Shown in pieces: positions 11,646 through 23,400 of a stretch of DNA of 60,797 nucleotides (position 1 is its first letter; every line of letters begins with the position of its first letter). The notes beneath the pieces are model-generated. The model had not been told where the DNA came from. It made no database searches and saw only the letters and a program-made list of their open reading frames with translations. Source of the stretch: Rhizaria sp. SCN 62-66 (Eukaryota). The stretch is taken from contig MEDY01000155.1 in the NCBI GenBank assembly GCA_001724265.1, positions 1 to 60,797 on the forward strand. The letters are read 5' to 3'. The position numbers were made by a program, and so were the translations under genes.

Positions 11646-12262
11646 GCCAACCGACCTCTCAGTCTCGGCTCGACTCGCTGACGTCATTTCTGTGAGTCGT
11701 ACTCTTAAGCAAGCTGTCGTCCCTCCGTTTGTCAGCCAGTCCAGCTCACGGTCGGAGTGAGTCTGTTGTGCGAGTCTTGTAACCCTGCACTGCGCACTTG
11801 TTGGGGGCGGCGCGTGTCGCGTCGCTCTCATAAGCGCGATGTGCGTCCACTCGCTACAAACTGTCTCACTCTTGCCGTGGCGCGCTGTGCGCCGTACTGA
11901 TGGCGAGAGGAAAGAACCACTACCTTTGTCTTCTGTGTTAGCAATACTTATCACAATTGACGGCACTTGCTTCCCCCCGACAACAACAGTCGTTGTATCG
12001 CCCCCGCCGCTTTTATGATCGCGATGAGCCCGGTGGCGCGGCTAATTAGTTTCGATTTTACCTTTTGGTTGAGGCGTTTCTCTCCTAATAGTGGTGTGAA
12101 CACAATATCTGTACAAATAATACACATCGCACGCCTTTTCTGTTCTCTTCAGTGTCGTAATCTCAGTTGGTACTTGTATTAAGATTATTTCTTCAAATTA
12201 ACGTGATATTGGTGTTATTAATTGTGCTATTGTGTAAAACGAATTTCATTTACCGCCGTGTA

Positions 12263-15200
12263 TCATTGGTGCTGCTCAGGCGCAGGCTCCAAGGGCGAGT
12301 CAAAGCATTGCAGGTTCGATGCCTCGTCTCGCTTAATGCTTTGAATCGCACTACTTGTGTGACTGTGCGTGGCTGTGAGCGTGGGCGCTACACTAGGACC
12401 TGGAAGCTCCGGCAAACTGTCGTCGCGACTCAGCGACAGCGACTGAGAGGGTGACTGTGGTTGTTGGGTTCCCTGTGGGCGAGTGAGCAAGAGCTGTGAG
12501 TGTGACACAGAGTGGGAGCGCGAGAGCGAGTGCGAGTACGCGCGATTAGGGAGGCCGGGTTGCTCCTGTGAAGGCAAATGTGACTGTGACTCGGCCGGTT
12601 GGATGGGCGTCAGTATGGGTGGCTGCACTTGCGACTGCACAGCGGGCGAGTTCAGTGATGATGAGGGGCCGGGAGAGAATGGCAAGTGCAATTGTGGCAA
12701 TAGTGGCGACTGCAGTGAGGGCTGCTTATGTTGATGCTGCTGTCCATCCGTAGGCTGTTTAAGTAAAGCACAACCGTCTTCATCTTCAGCTTCAGTCAGT
12801 GGTTTCCCTGAGCTGCTATTGGCAGCTCGCTTAATCTGTCTATGCAAAGAAGACGCCGCGATGGATTTTGGCTGCAACTGCGACTGCGAAGGAGACTCTA
12901 GAGCGAGTCGTGACTCTGACTTTAGCAGCAGAGACGATGGTGACTTCCTGCAACTCCCTTGCGTCTGGGATAGCATCCGCGCTCGATCAGTGTGGTTGAT
13001 AGCTGCGCAAGTAGGGCGTTGGACATTCTCACGGTCACAGTCGCTGCCAGATGTTGTATCGACATCAGCGGCCTCATCATCGCCGTGGTCGTTACCGTCG
13101 CTCACCAGCGCAGATGGCGCTGTAGTTATCGCTCTTATGTTATTAGTTGCGCTCTCAATGGCAGTAGGCTCCACTAATTCTGAAGAAAGCCCACTACTGA
13201 GTGGGCGTGAAGTTGATGACGACTGTGGACTCACTGTTGCCGTGCTTTCGGATTGCGGCTTGCGCGATTGTGAGCATTGCGATTGCGAACGCGTTGAGTT
13301 CGGCTGTGTTGAGCGCGCGAGAGGCGACTGTACCCGACTACTGGAGGCCGAGTCAATTTTTAACTGTACACCTGAATTGCGCACACCCACATTATTAGAG
13401 GGTGGTGTCTTTGCGTTTGCTAACGCCTGCTGGGTGGAAACTAAAGCAAGTAATGCCGGTGCGGGATCTTGATTTTGCGTCTGCAATGAAGACGGCTCCG
13501 GTAAATGTAATTGTACATGAGGGCTTTGCGGCACCAGTGTCTGGGCTGCGGCGAGCGCCTGTGACCGATAATCCGTGAGATCTGGCGGTGCGACTGGCTG
13601 TGGCAGAGAATGCTGCACATGTTGCTGTAGCAGTGATGTTGGCAGCGGTACAGGCTGTGATGCAATTGAAAGCCGGGCCTGTGCCCATTGCCGCCACTCC
13701 TCCGACTGCAAGCTCAGCGTACTCAACTGCCGGTGACTACTGCGAACAAGCTCGTGTTCTTCCCAGTGATCGTCCTCGCGGTCACACTCGCCGGGATCAC
13801 AGTCTCCGTGTCCACAGTCGGCAAGGTCCTCGCCTGCGTGGTGTGAGCGCGCGCGCTCAGCCCCAGTAGCGCCACGTCGATGTTGCCGCAGACCGGGGCT
13901 TGTGCATGCCACTGCGGGCGAGCCGGGCGCTGGTAATGAGAGTGCAAATGACACGCGCTGTTGGTTGCCGACAACGTGAGGGGCATGCAGCGTAGTTACT
14001 GCCAGCTTTGGAATCGTTGCCACTATTGCTGTTTGGGCTGCAGTTGGAGTGGCATGCCGTGTGTCTATATCCTGAGTGATGGTGAAAGGTGGCTGCATCG
14101 GCATGCGCACCGGAAGCGCATCTGCTTTTGTCGCACCAGCAGGATCCACGGCACTGCAGTTGGCAACTATCTTTCTTGCATCAACGTGCTCATTGTCTGT
14201 CATGGCAAGTGATCCATCATTGGTGCTGTCAATAGAGTCGCTGTAAACTACGTCAGCCTTTGTCGCAAGGATCCTAAAAGAGCTGTCGCTGTCCGCTGAG
14301 CCAAGCTGGCTGTTGCGCAGCTTGGTCGTAACTGTGGCAAACACACCAGCTGTGCGCTGGACCTTATTGTCCTCCTCCTCTTCTTCCTCTTCTTCGCATG
14401 ACTGATGCTGAGTGGCCTTAGCTCCGTGGTTTGCAACAATCGCAGACACCACATTATCAACAGGCAAGATGTTGCCCGCTTCGGACGTTAAATCCATTGC
14501 GACTTGCGCTGCAGCAACCGACTCTGCGACAGCGAGTAACGCAGTGCGGGCCATTTCCCACACGCCGGGCATTAAGTGGCGCAGCGGTGCGCGCGCTGCG
14601 ACCTCTGCGGCCGAGAGTGGGGCTGCATTTGAACGACTGTAAGGACACTGGGAGAAGACAAGGCATGGCACCGAAGCTACACGGCTACCTGTGATTGAGT
14701 CCTTTGTCGCGGCAGTGTGCCTGCGCAGGGTCTGCTACACGTGTGTAAGTTGAGTCGTAACGGGAATAAGAGAGTCGTAGTGAGTGCCTGTGAAGCTAAG
14801 TGTCACCCCAGTCCAGTCCTTACTTGTTGTTGCTAAGTCTTTACGCTGACAGTCAGCATGGGTGTGATTAGCGGTTGGGCCCCAATGTGGGGTAAGAGCA
14901 GCATGGGCAAGAGCGCGCGCGCTCCAATGATGGGTCACAGTTGTCGGCAAGTTTAGTTGCGTTGCAAGTGTTGACTGTGCAGCGCTGTTTGAGGCTTGCA
15001 AACAACAACTTGAGCTCGCGTCACTGTGCATTGCTGCAACGTTGGGCAATAATGGAGGAAGAGGTGGCAGTGCGGGCAGCTGCGGCATGTCATGAATTAG
15101 AGTTAGGGAGACAGCACTGTTTTCTATGCTCGGGTTTTGAAGACATGAGCATGTAGGAAGCATACATGTGCAGTCGCTCCCGTAAGCTTTCATCCACTGC

Positions 15201-17398
15201 CCCCGATGCTGACTCAACAGCGCTGCGTGTTCCATTTCGGCCGCAGGACCAACACTAATTTCAGCGGCCTCTAGCCCGGCCTTAATAACAGCAGCTTGAC
15301 CCCACGGCGCCCGTCCAGCACCAACGTAACGCTGACCCCTTGCCTTCTCCGCAGCAGCCCCGGCACCAGCACTCATGACAGTAACAGCGGAAGAAGAAGG
15401 CGCACCGGAGTGATGCTGTACTTCTGTCACGCTCGCCGCGCAACCATCGCTTCTCAGAGTGGCTGAACTTGCTGTGGCCGTAACTGTCGCGAGACTTGCA
15501 ACAGAAAGCCGCCGCCAGTGCGCGGCCGCAGCCCCCGGCCCGCCTGCAACAGCGGCGTCCCATTGCCACTCTGCCCGCGCGCCCGCCAACGCATCGCTGC
15601 CGCGACGACCTGACGCGCTGCTGCTATCGTGGTTGTGGTCGTGGTCGACACTCTCACCGCGCTTACTGCGTCCTTTAAACGGACCAGTAATAACCGCAGG
15701 ATTAAGGGATGGTGGCGCGCGCAACAGTCTAATTGACGGCAGGGCAGCAGTGGTTGGAGATGGCACCCCTGGGAGCTCCTCGGCTTTATTACCTTTCTTG
15801 TTATTGCGGTTGCGGACTCTGATACGCTCGGCACTTGATCCGCTGCTACTGCTCAAAAGACTACTGTCGACATTTACCTTGCGCGTAGGCCTTATAGCTG
15901 GAACGGCAGCGGCAATAGCAACAGCCGGTGAAAGCATGCCAGTTCGGTTGCTGACATTGCTGTCGACGGCTGTGACAACCGCACTAGGCACACTGTCTCC
16001 GTTGTCATCAACTGCGTTTGCGCTAATGCCGCGATACGCTGCATGTGGAACAGCCGCAGGTAACTGTAGTGCGCAGGTAATACCGACTGCAACATCACTG
16101 TTGACTACGCTGCCCTTTTCCGCAAGTTCTGTTTTAGATGTGGCGTTTTGCTGATACTCCTGTGCTCGAGATAATTGCAGATTGCTGTCAACGGCTCCAT
16201 TGCGACTGGATCCTGGTGGCAGTGCTGCTGTTGCAAGAACGGTGCGCACACACCGCAGCGTAGTCTCAAAGTCCAGCCGACTCCAGCCTTGCTGCAACAC
16301 AGGATCGGGCGTATATTTGTGTAGAGTCAACTGTGTGCCGCACTTACACTCGTGATCAGCGCTGTTCAAGCTGCTTGAAACAGCCTGCGCATTGAGAAGA
16401 GTAAGCTTTTGGTCAGCAAGTGCCACATGTTTGGAACATGTGGTAACATGCTCGTTTTTGTTTGCATCACGTGGTTTGAACGCATACACGGTGATCTCGC
16501 ACCCGTACACGTCCGCGGCCGCCTGCAGCTCGACCTCGCCGCCCCACTCGCCCAACCGTGCCAGCTTTGCCGCGTACACCACCGGCGGCGCGGCCAAAAA
16601 CGCCTCGTACAGCTGCGGCGGCGCGAGCGCAAGCCAGTGCGCAATCGCTGTGCGCACTGCGCGGTGCGCGCGGGGAGTGCCATAGAGGGACCGAGCGAGC
16701 GCGCGGAACAGGCAGTTGCCGTCACCTTGCTCTGTCAGCAGCGAGAAACGCGCCGGAAACGGACACCGCAAAGACACTGCGTGTCTTGCTAATGAAGAGG
16801 CTAAGAACACTGATTGGGTTTGCTTCTGTGTCGCATGTGTGACGAACGATGGTGGCGGTGTGGGAGGCACGCATGGGGCTATGAGGGCCAGTCGCGCGGC
16901 TAGGAGCTTGCGCAGGTTAGTAAAGCGAGGCTGATGCGCGGGCAACAGTGGGGGCAATCCAGCGTCATCTCTGATTGAGATTGTGTCTCTGCTCGCGTTC
17001 TCGGTCGCGTTGCTGTTTTGCGTGCTGTCGGGCAGCGCGGAGTCGATGAGGCGAAGCGCGAGGGCAAGCTGGTCGTTCTGAGACAGAGAGCGCACGGCTG
17101 AAGCATATGCGCTGTCAAGTGAGGCCCGAGTATCTGCAGCCTTAATAACAAAGGTGGCACTAGAGAGATTTAAGGAGCATTGGTTACCGCAGTGAGAGAC
17201 CTGAATGGGTGAAGCACACGGAAGGAAAGGAGAACCTCGTTTGAGCACTACGTACGGGGACAATAGCGCAGGCGCTTGAGAAACTATAAGACTTTTCCTG
17301 GGCTGAACGCGCGTAGATGGACTCAATGATACGTCATCTTTTGTAAAAGGCTCGACAGTAGCCGTCGGTGAAGGTTGTTCAAGTTGGTGTGCCTGCAT
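12263..17398 (-). CDS. OTU-family deubiquitinase, about 1711 aa, with 1 in-frame TAG
   Basis: GDGNCLFRA (Cys at ~16713), WGGEVELQAAADVY, and HYDSL (His at ~14781). Track ORFs 14735..17398 and 12263..14671 are in frame and joined by LTHV-TAG-QTLRRHTAATKDSITGSRVAS with no other stop. Ends at TGA. Confidence 0.8.
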
Positions 17399-18881
17399 CT
17401 TCCTTCAGTTCGGTGATGAGCGGCACACACAAAAATGTCTCTTGAAACGCCACCCAATAAAGGATTCCTACAAAAATAGAAATTGAAATACGTTGTTAGT
17501 ATTAAAGAAAATTATTATAGCATGTCAAACAATCTTTTGACGACAGATTCAATGCAGGCAGCGTGATGATAGATCTCACATTGTTGTTTTGGTCGACTTG
17601 AACAAAGCATCAGCAACAAAAAATCGGGTTCGTATTCGAGCGAGCACATGACAACAGTCGGATCTCTAAATAAATAATAGATAATTATATTTTTAAAGTC
17701 AGAACTGCATGTTCTCAAGCTCAGCTTGTCCGTTCATGTCTATGTTTTCAAATCAGCGTCTGAGTCGCTTGAACAGCTCATATCGTGTAAGAGCTTCACA
17801 AAGACACATGTGTGTCACAAATATATGGCATTCTTTTTGTACAATCAAGTCTGCTTTTCTATGAAGAAATTTAAGTTCATTGTTGAAACTTGATTCATCT
17901 CTTTGTTGAAAGGGGTGAAGGGGCGTGAGTAATCGTAACATTAAAGCACGATGTTTTGACCCAGTATCCGGACATCGCCGATAGCGCAAAAGTCTTCAGC
18001 GAGTCAAAGAAATTGGTAAACTTGGCATTCATATACTGTTTCCGTTAACGTTGGGACCAGTTGGTGCTAGATATCGATGAAAAAGTGGGCGACGAGGTCG
18101 ACAACCTCGGTCACGGTGAGCTTCGAGATCTCTTTGACGTCGGACTCGCCAGAGTTGATGTGGACAAATTGACCTGGTTCAGTCCTTACCATGGTTATAA
18201 ATGTGTGCCTATCTATTTTTGTTTAGTTCCGCCGCTGTTTGAAACAGTATGCACTTCGTCAAACTTACCACCTTCTTGCGAGCCGCCGTTATTCGTGGTG
18301 GGAACGACAGCTACATAAGTTTAGCCGCTATAATTAGACTGGGTTTTTGTGCTATGTAGAGTATATTGGCTCGAGATAAAAGACCTCCCGACGTACGGGC
18401 TCTTCCGCTCTGATCCTACTCTTCACGTAAAGTGAATTCGCAAAGAATTTGCTCCGTACTACTGTCATTACTGTTGAGCGAGACAAACAAAGTTCAAGTT
18501 TATTTAAATGACGACCAACGGGATAGCACCCCTTATTGTCACCGTACTCATGTTAATTTGAGTATCACCCGTCGCCTCATCGTCGTCGACAACGACAACG
18601 AGCAGCGTTAAGCTTACCAGCATTAGCTCGAGTGTTAGAAGCACTAGTGCTCGCGCACTTACGCACGCGAGTGAAGTACTTGTGCCGCCGATTGTGCTTG
18701 TGGCCAATGATAAGACCGGCTGTGTTGCTGCGCTTTGTAAGAGAAAAACAGAAGCGAAAATCGTGGCGTAAAGGCATGTCATTGTAAGTGTGTACGTGAC
18801 ACTTATGCTCTCTCGGCCATCTCAAAGCGACAAGAGACTAATGCTGCGGCTTAACACACGATTGAACTGCCCACGGTTCGC

Positions 18882-19872
18882 TCAGAAGCGGAAGTTGACG
18901 TTGCCGAGTCCCTGCGCGGCCTGCTTAAACCCGCGGGGGTTGGCCCACTCCGAGTTTAGGTACGAGTCCTCGTCGGCCTCAGCGAGCCGCTTGTCCTCCT
19001 CCTGCTTCTTGTGCCACATCGCGATCATTTTCTGCTGCGTCTCGGCGTCCACCGCGGGCTCGCGCTGCGGGGGCTGTGCCGCGCGCTCGCTCGTGAGCTT
19101 CACCTTGACCAGCATCTTCTCGTTGGTCCCGACGAACTTGCTCAGCGCTGCGTCGGAGCCACGCGCGATCTTCTTACCGGCGAACCAAAGCACGGCGCCG
19201 GCGGGATCGAAGACGTCCTTGGCATGCTGCGTGCCCGCAAGCTCCTCGGCGTCGTCCAGCGCTTCGCGGACAGAGTCCCACTCGGGCAGCCCCATCGGGA
19301 AGGCCATCATGACGGCGCCGCGGCACTCTTGCAGCGCCTCACCCACCTTGGCCTCGTCGATGCCCGCGCGCGCCTGCAGCGACAGCGCGGAGGAGACGAG
19401 GCGCTCAGCGGCGTCGGCCACGCGGTCAAGCGTCTCTGCAAGCTGCTGTGAGGGCGGGGCGCCGACGCGGAGCCCGCTGGGGTCGGAGCACGTCGCAGCA
19501 GTCGGCGCGCGGCCCTTGGCGACGGCCGCGAGCTGCTCGTCGGTGAGACTGTACAAAAATAAAGGTTAAAGACAGAATAGAGGACGTCATGATCAGATAC
19601 GTGTGCCTATATCTAGAAAACCCCGCGAAGTACATATATTAAGTGGTTTTGATTTGTTATGCGGAGTAATTTGAGACGTACCCGCGCTCCTCAATGGGCT
19701 TCATAGGGCCGTAGAGGGCGAGCTCGTGAAGGCCGGCGGCGAGGCGGCGGACGCGGTTGCGGAGGTTGTGGATGCGCGCAACCTTAGCACACACCTCGTC
19801 CGCAGAGTCAGAAACCTTAACCTCGACGATGTATTCGTCGCCCATGTTGTTGGTGACCTGGAGCTTCACCAT
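18882..19872 (-). CDS. CFAP298: Cilia- and flagella-associated protein 298 (C21orf59), 2 exons, 285 aa
   Basis: Exons 19872-19682 and 19548-18882 rebuild YGPMKPIEERG|LTDEQL. Also DPSGLRVGAPP, GAVMMAFPMGLPEWD, LWFAGK, FVGTNEK, REPAVD and DEDSYLNSEWANP. TGA stop. Confidence 0.93.
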
Positions 19873-20465
19873 TTGATCAATCTGCTTGAGGGTTGCAGAA
19901 GAGTGAGACCGTCGAATAGTTAGCAAGGGAATACAGAGGCTAAATGAAACAATTTTGATGTGTTATAAAATTATTATACTTAATAGAATGATTTAACTTT
20001 ATATTTCAGTATCATGCTTCTCGTGACGGACTATATCGCTCATAGTTCATAGCCGTTACTTCGCTTTCTTGAGCCCAAGTTTGAACGGGACGCTCCAGCC
20101 CACGGTCGTCAGCATTGAAATAGTCCTGATATATACGCGAACTTTAGCTTTCATTCAACAAACGTCGAATGTACGATGTGGCACAACGTATATTTTCTTA
20201 TGAAGCAGCATACAAAAGTTGGATGTCATATCGCCGACTAGATATCTTGAGAAAACGGTGGTTGAATCAACGTTTCTGGTATGATATAACACACAATTAT
20301 GTTTTGTATGCAAAACAAGTAATACAATAGCTAAATATCGTGTATAAAACTGTGTAAAAGGGCGACGAGTCTGACTCGTTGACTATGTAAACAAAATCCT
20401 TGATCATAACAATTGGTGCTAAGTAGCGTCTGTGATTTGAGTGAGTCGATGTTGCGTCAATACGC

Positions 20466-23400
20466 TCACAGTCCATGCACAGCGCCCGGCGCTCCCGCAA
20501 TCCCCGCAACTTGCGTCCGCGGGCCCAGCGCGGGGTCCCTCAGCCTCCTCCGCTGCGCCCGCGACAGTGCCTGCGCCTGCGGCGACCGCGCGTCGGCCGC
20601 GCTGTCGCTGCTCTCGGTGTCTTCGTCGTCGTCGTCCTCCTCGAGGTCCGACTCCATGGCGGGGAGCCGCGCGCGGCAGAGCGGGCACTGCGCGCGGCGC
20701 TGCATCCAGGACCGCAGGCACGCGCGGTGGAACACGTGGTTGCACGGACACACGGCCAGCGCGAACCGCGGCAGCTGCGCCAGACGCTCATACGGGCGCA
20801 GCGCCACCGTCAACGCAACAGACCCCGCGCCAGAGCCTGCGCCTGCGCTCGACGACGAAGCCTGGGGCAACGCGGCGTCTGATACAGAGACAGTCTCGGC
20901 GGGGTCGTCCCAAAGGTCGCAGCAGCAGATGGAGCAGGGGTCCAGCTCGTCCTCCTCGGCTTCGGCCGCCACGCGCTCACGCTCACTGCGCTCAAGCTCA
21001 GCCGCAGCGGCTGCGGCGGCTGCGGTGGCCGCAGCGGTCTCGGCAGCGGTTGCAGGGCTCTTGTTCTGGCTTTCACCGTCACCGTCGAGCTTATTGTTCG
21101 CGGCGTCCGACGCGATCGCGACTGCGACGAGTCCGGCGGCCTCGCAGTCGCTGGCGCCGCTCACCCCGCCGCTGCCGTCGCCGTCGCCGTCGCGCGCGCG
21201 CCCGGCGCTGGCACCGGCCGCACCCGCAGTGGCGGGGGAGGAAGCGAGTTGGTGCGCGGCGGCGTTGCGGGGGCGCGCGCGGCGCAGCGGCCGCAGCAGC
21301 ACGCCTTCATCCTCGCCGTCACCCTTGACCTCGCCGTCGCCGTCGCCGTCACCGTCGCCGATACTGCCAGGGGTTGTGCTGTCAGCAGCGCTGGCGGATG
21401 CAGACGCGGTGATGGCGTCGTCGTCACCGCCGTCGCCGCGCGCCGCCGCCTCCGCCTCGGCGTCCTGTGGACTGAGACGGTTGTACCCGCCGCCGCGGCG
21501 CCAGTGCCACCATGACAGCGACCGCGGCAGCGACAGCGACAGACCGGCGCGCGCGCCCAGGGCCGAGGCCGCCGCCGCAGCCGCGCGCGCGGCCGCCTTG
21601 GCCCCGCCCGAGACGCCCGCGGCCAGCGCAGAGAGCGCCGTTCGCACCGGACCCGCGCCCGCGCTCGCGCTCGCGCTGCTGCCAGCGGCGGCGGCGGCGG
21701 CGGCGGCGGCGGCTGTCGCGGGGCGGCGGTGCGTGAAGGCCTTGCGCGGCACTGGGCGCGAGTACGAGTACGGCGCGCTGCTGCGGTCCGCGTCGTCGCC
21801 GCCGTCGCCGTCTTCGCCGTCCGCGCCGCCGCCGCCGCTGCCGTTGCCGTTGCTGTGCACAACGTAGACGTCGGCTTCGGTGCCGGTGACCGCCGCGAGG
21901 GTGCGCAGCACGGCCCGCAGCAGCAGCGCGGCGCAGCCCAGCGCGGCGGCGGCGACGGGCCCCGCGAGCGGCACGGCGGCGACGGCGGCGTAGGCCCAGC
22001 GCGCGCGGCGGCGGGCGCGACGCAGCAGGCGCGCGAGCGCGGGCGGGCGCTCCGCGGGGTCCCACCAGGGCCCCAGCACCAGCAGCGCCTGCAGCGCGAC
22101 AGCGGCGGTGAAGGCCGCGGTGAAGGCCGGCGCGGGTGCGAGGCCCAGCACGTTGCGCGGCTCGAAGCACACGTAGAGCACGGGCGCGGCGCGCGACAGC
22201 AGCGCGGCGGGCGCGTAGGACGGCGCGAAGAGGCGGTGCGCGTTGAGCCGCGCGCGCTTGAGTGAGAGCACCTGCGGCACCCAGTGCAGGTGCAGGAGGA
22301 GGATCACCGCGGGCGTGTGCTGCGGGAAGGCGATGCAGTAAGCGAAGAGCAGCAGGATGGCGAGGTAGATCTTGCCGTGGAAGAGGCAGAGCGCGCGCCG
22401 CAGCTCCGTCTGGCCCTCGGCGCCGGCGCCGATGTCCGCCGGCAGACGCGCGCGCCAGACGAAGACGAGCAGCTTCATCTGGCCGGCGATTAGCGTGATG
22501 AACTGGAAGACAGCGACGACAGTAAAGAGCGGCGTAAGCGCATCGAGCAGATTCCCCAGGAACATGTGCAGCAGGAAGCTCGCCGTGTCGAGCATGACCT
22601 GCAGCACGAGCGTCGGCAGCGACAGCGCCTCGAGCGCGGGCCCGCCGTCGAGCGTCAGCAGCAGCTGCTGCGAGACCGAGTACGTCTGCGCGACCACTGC
22701 GGCCGAGAGCAGGAAGCCGTAGAAAGAGGCCTCGCGGAGGAACGGCAGCAGCGTAATCTTGCTCAGCGCAAACGAGCCTGACAGCGCGCACGACTGCGGG
22801 CGCAGTAGCGCGCCGTCGTCACCGCTAACACTGCCATAACTGCTGTAGCTGGTCGAGCGAGCAGCAGTCGAGTCGCCGGTCGCAGTTGACGTCCTGCTAG
22901 CTGCTGTGCTGCGCGCTTTCTTCGTGGATGTGCTGCTCTTGCTGACGCCAGAGCTGACACCGCTGCTGCTGTGTGTACTGTTGCTGCTGGTGCGGGGCGC
23001 GTACGCGGCGACTGCGGCGGCGGCGGCGGCGTCGGCCCATGTGCCCCACTGGCGGCGGCCCATGAGCGCCACGGCGGCGCCCCAGATGAGCCCGCTGCGC
23101 TCCTGCGCCGACAGCGACGCCGCCGCGGGGGACAGCAGCAGAGACGCGGGCTGAGCGGCGGACACGGGCTGCGTGGCTCTCTCTGCTGGCTGAGACTCTG
23201 GGGTCGCGCTGGATGAGAGCGCTTGTGTTGCGAACGCAGAGCTGGCGATGGGAGCAGAGCCAGGCGCGGAACCTTCGGAGGGGCAAGCGGAAGTCAAGCC
23301 GCCTCCGGACTGGATTGGGACAAACTCTTCGTCGAACAGTCCGTCATCATGCTCGTCATCAGCACTGTACTCGTTGACGTCACTCTCACTGCCAAGTGCA

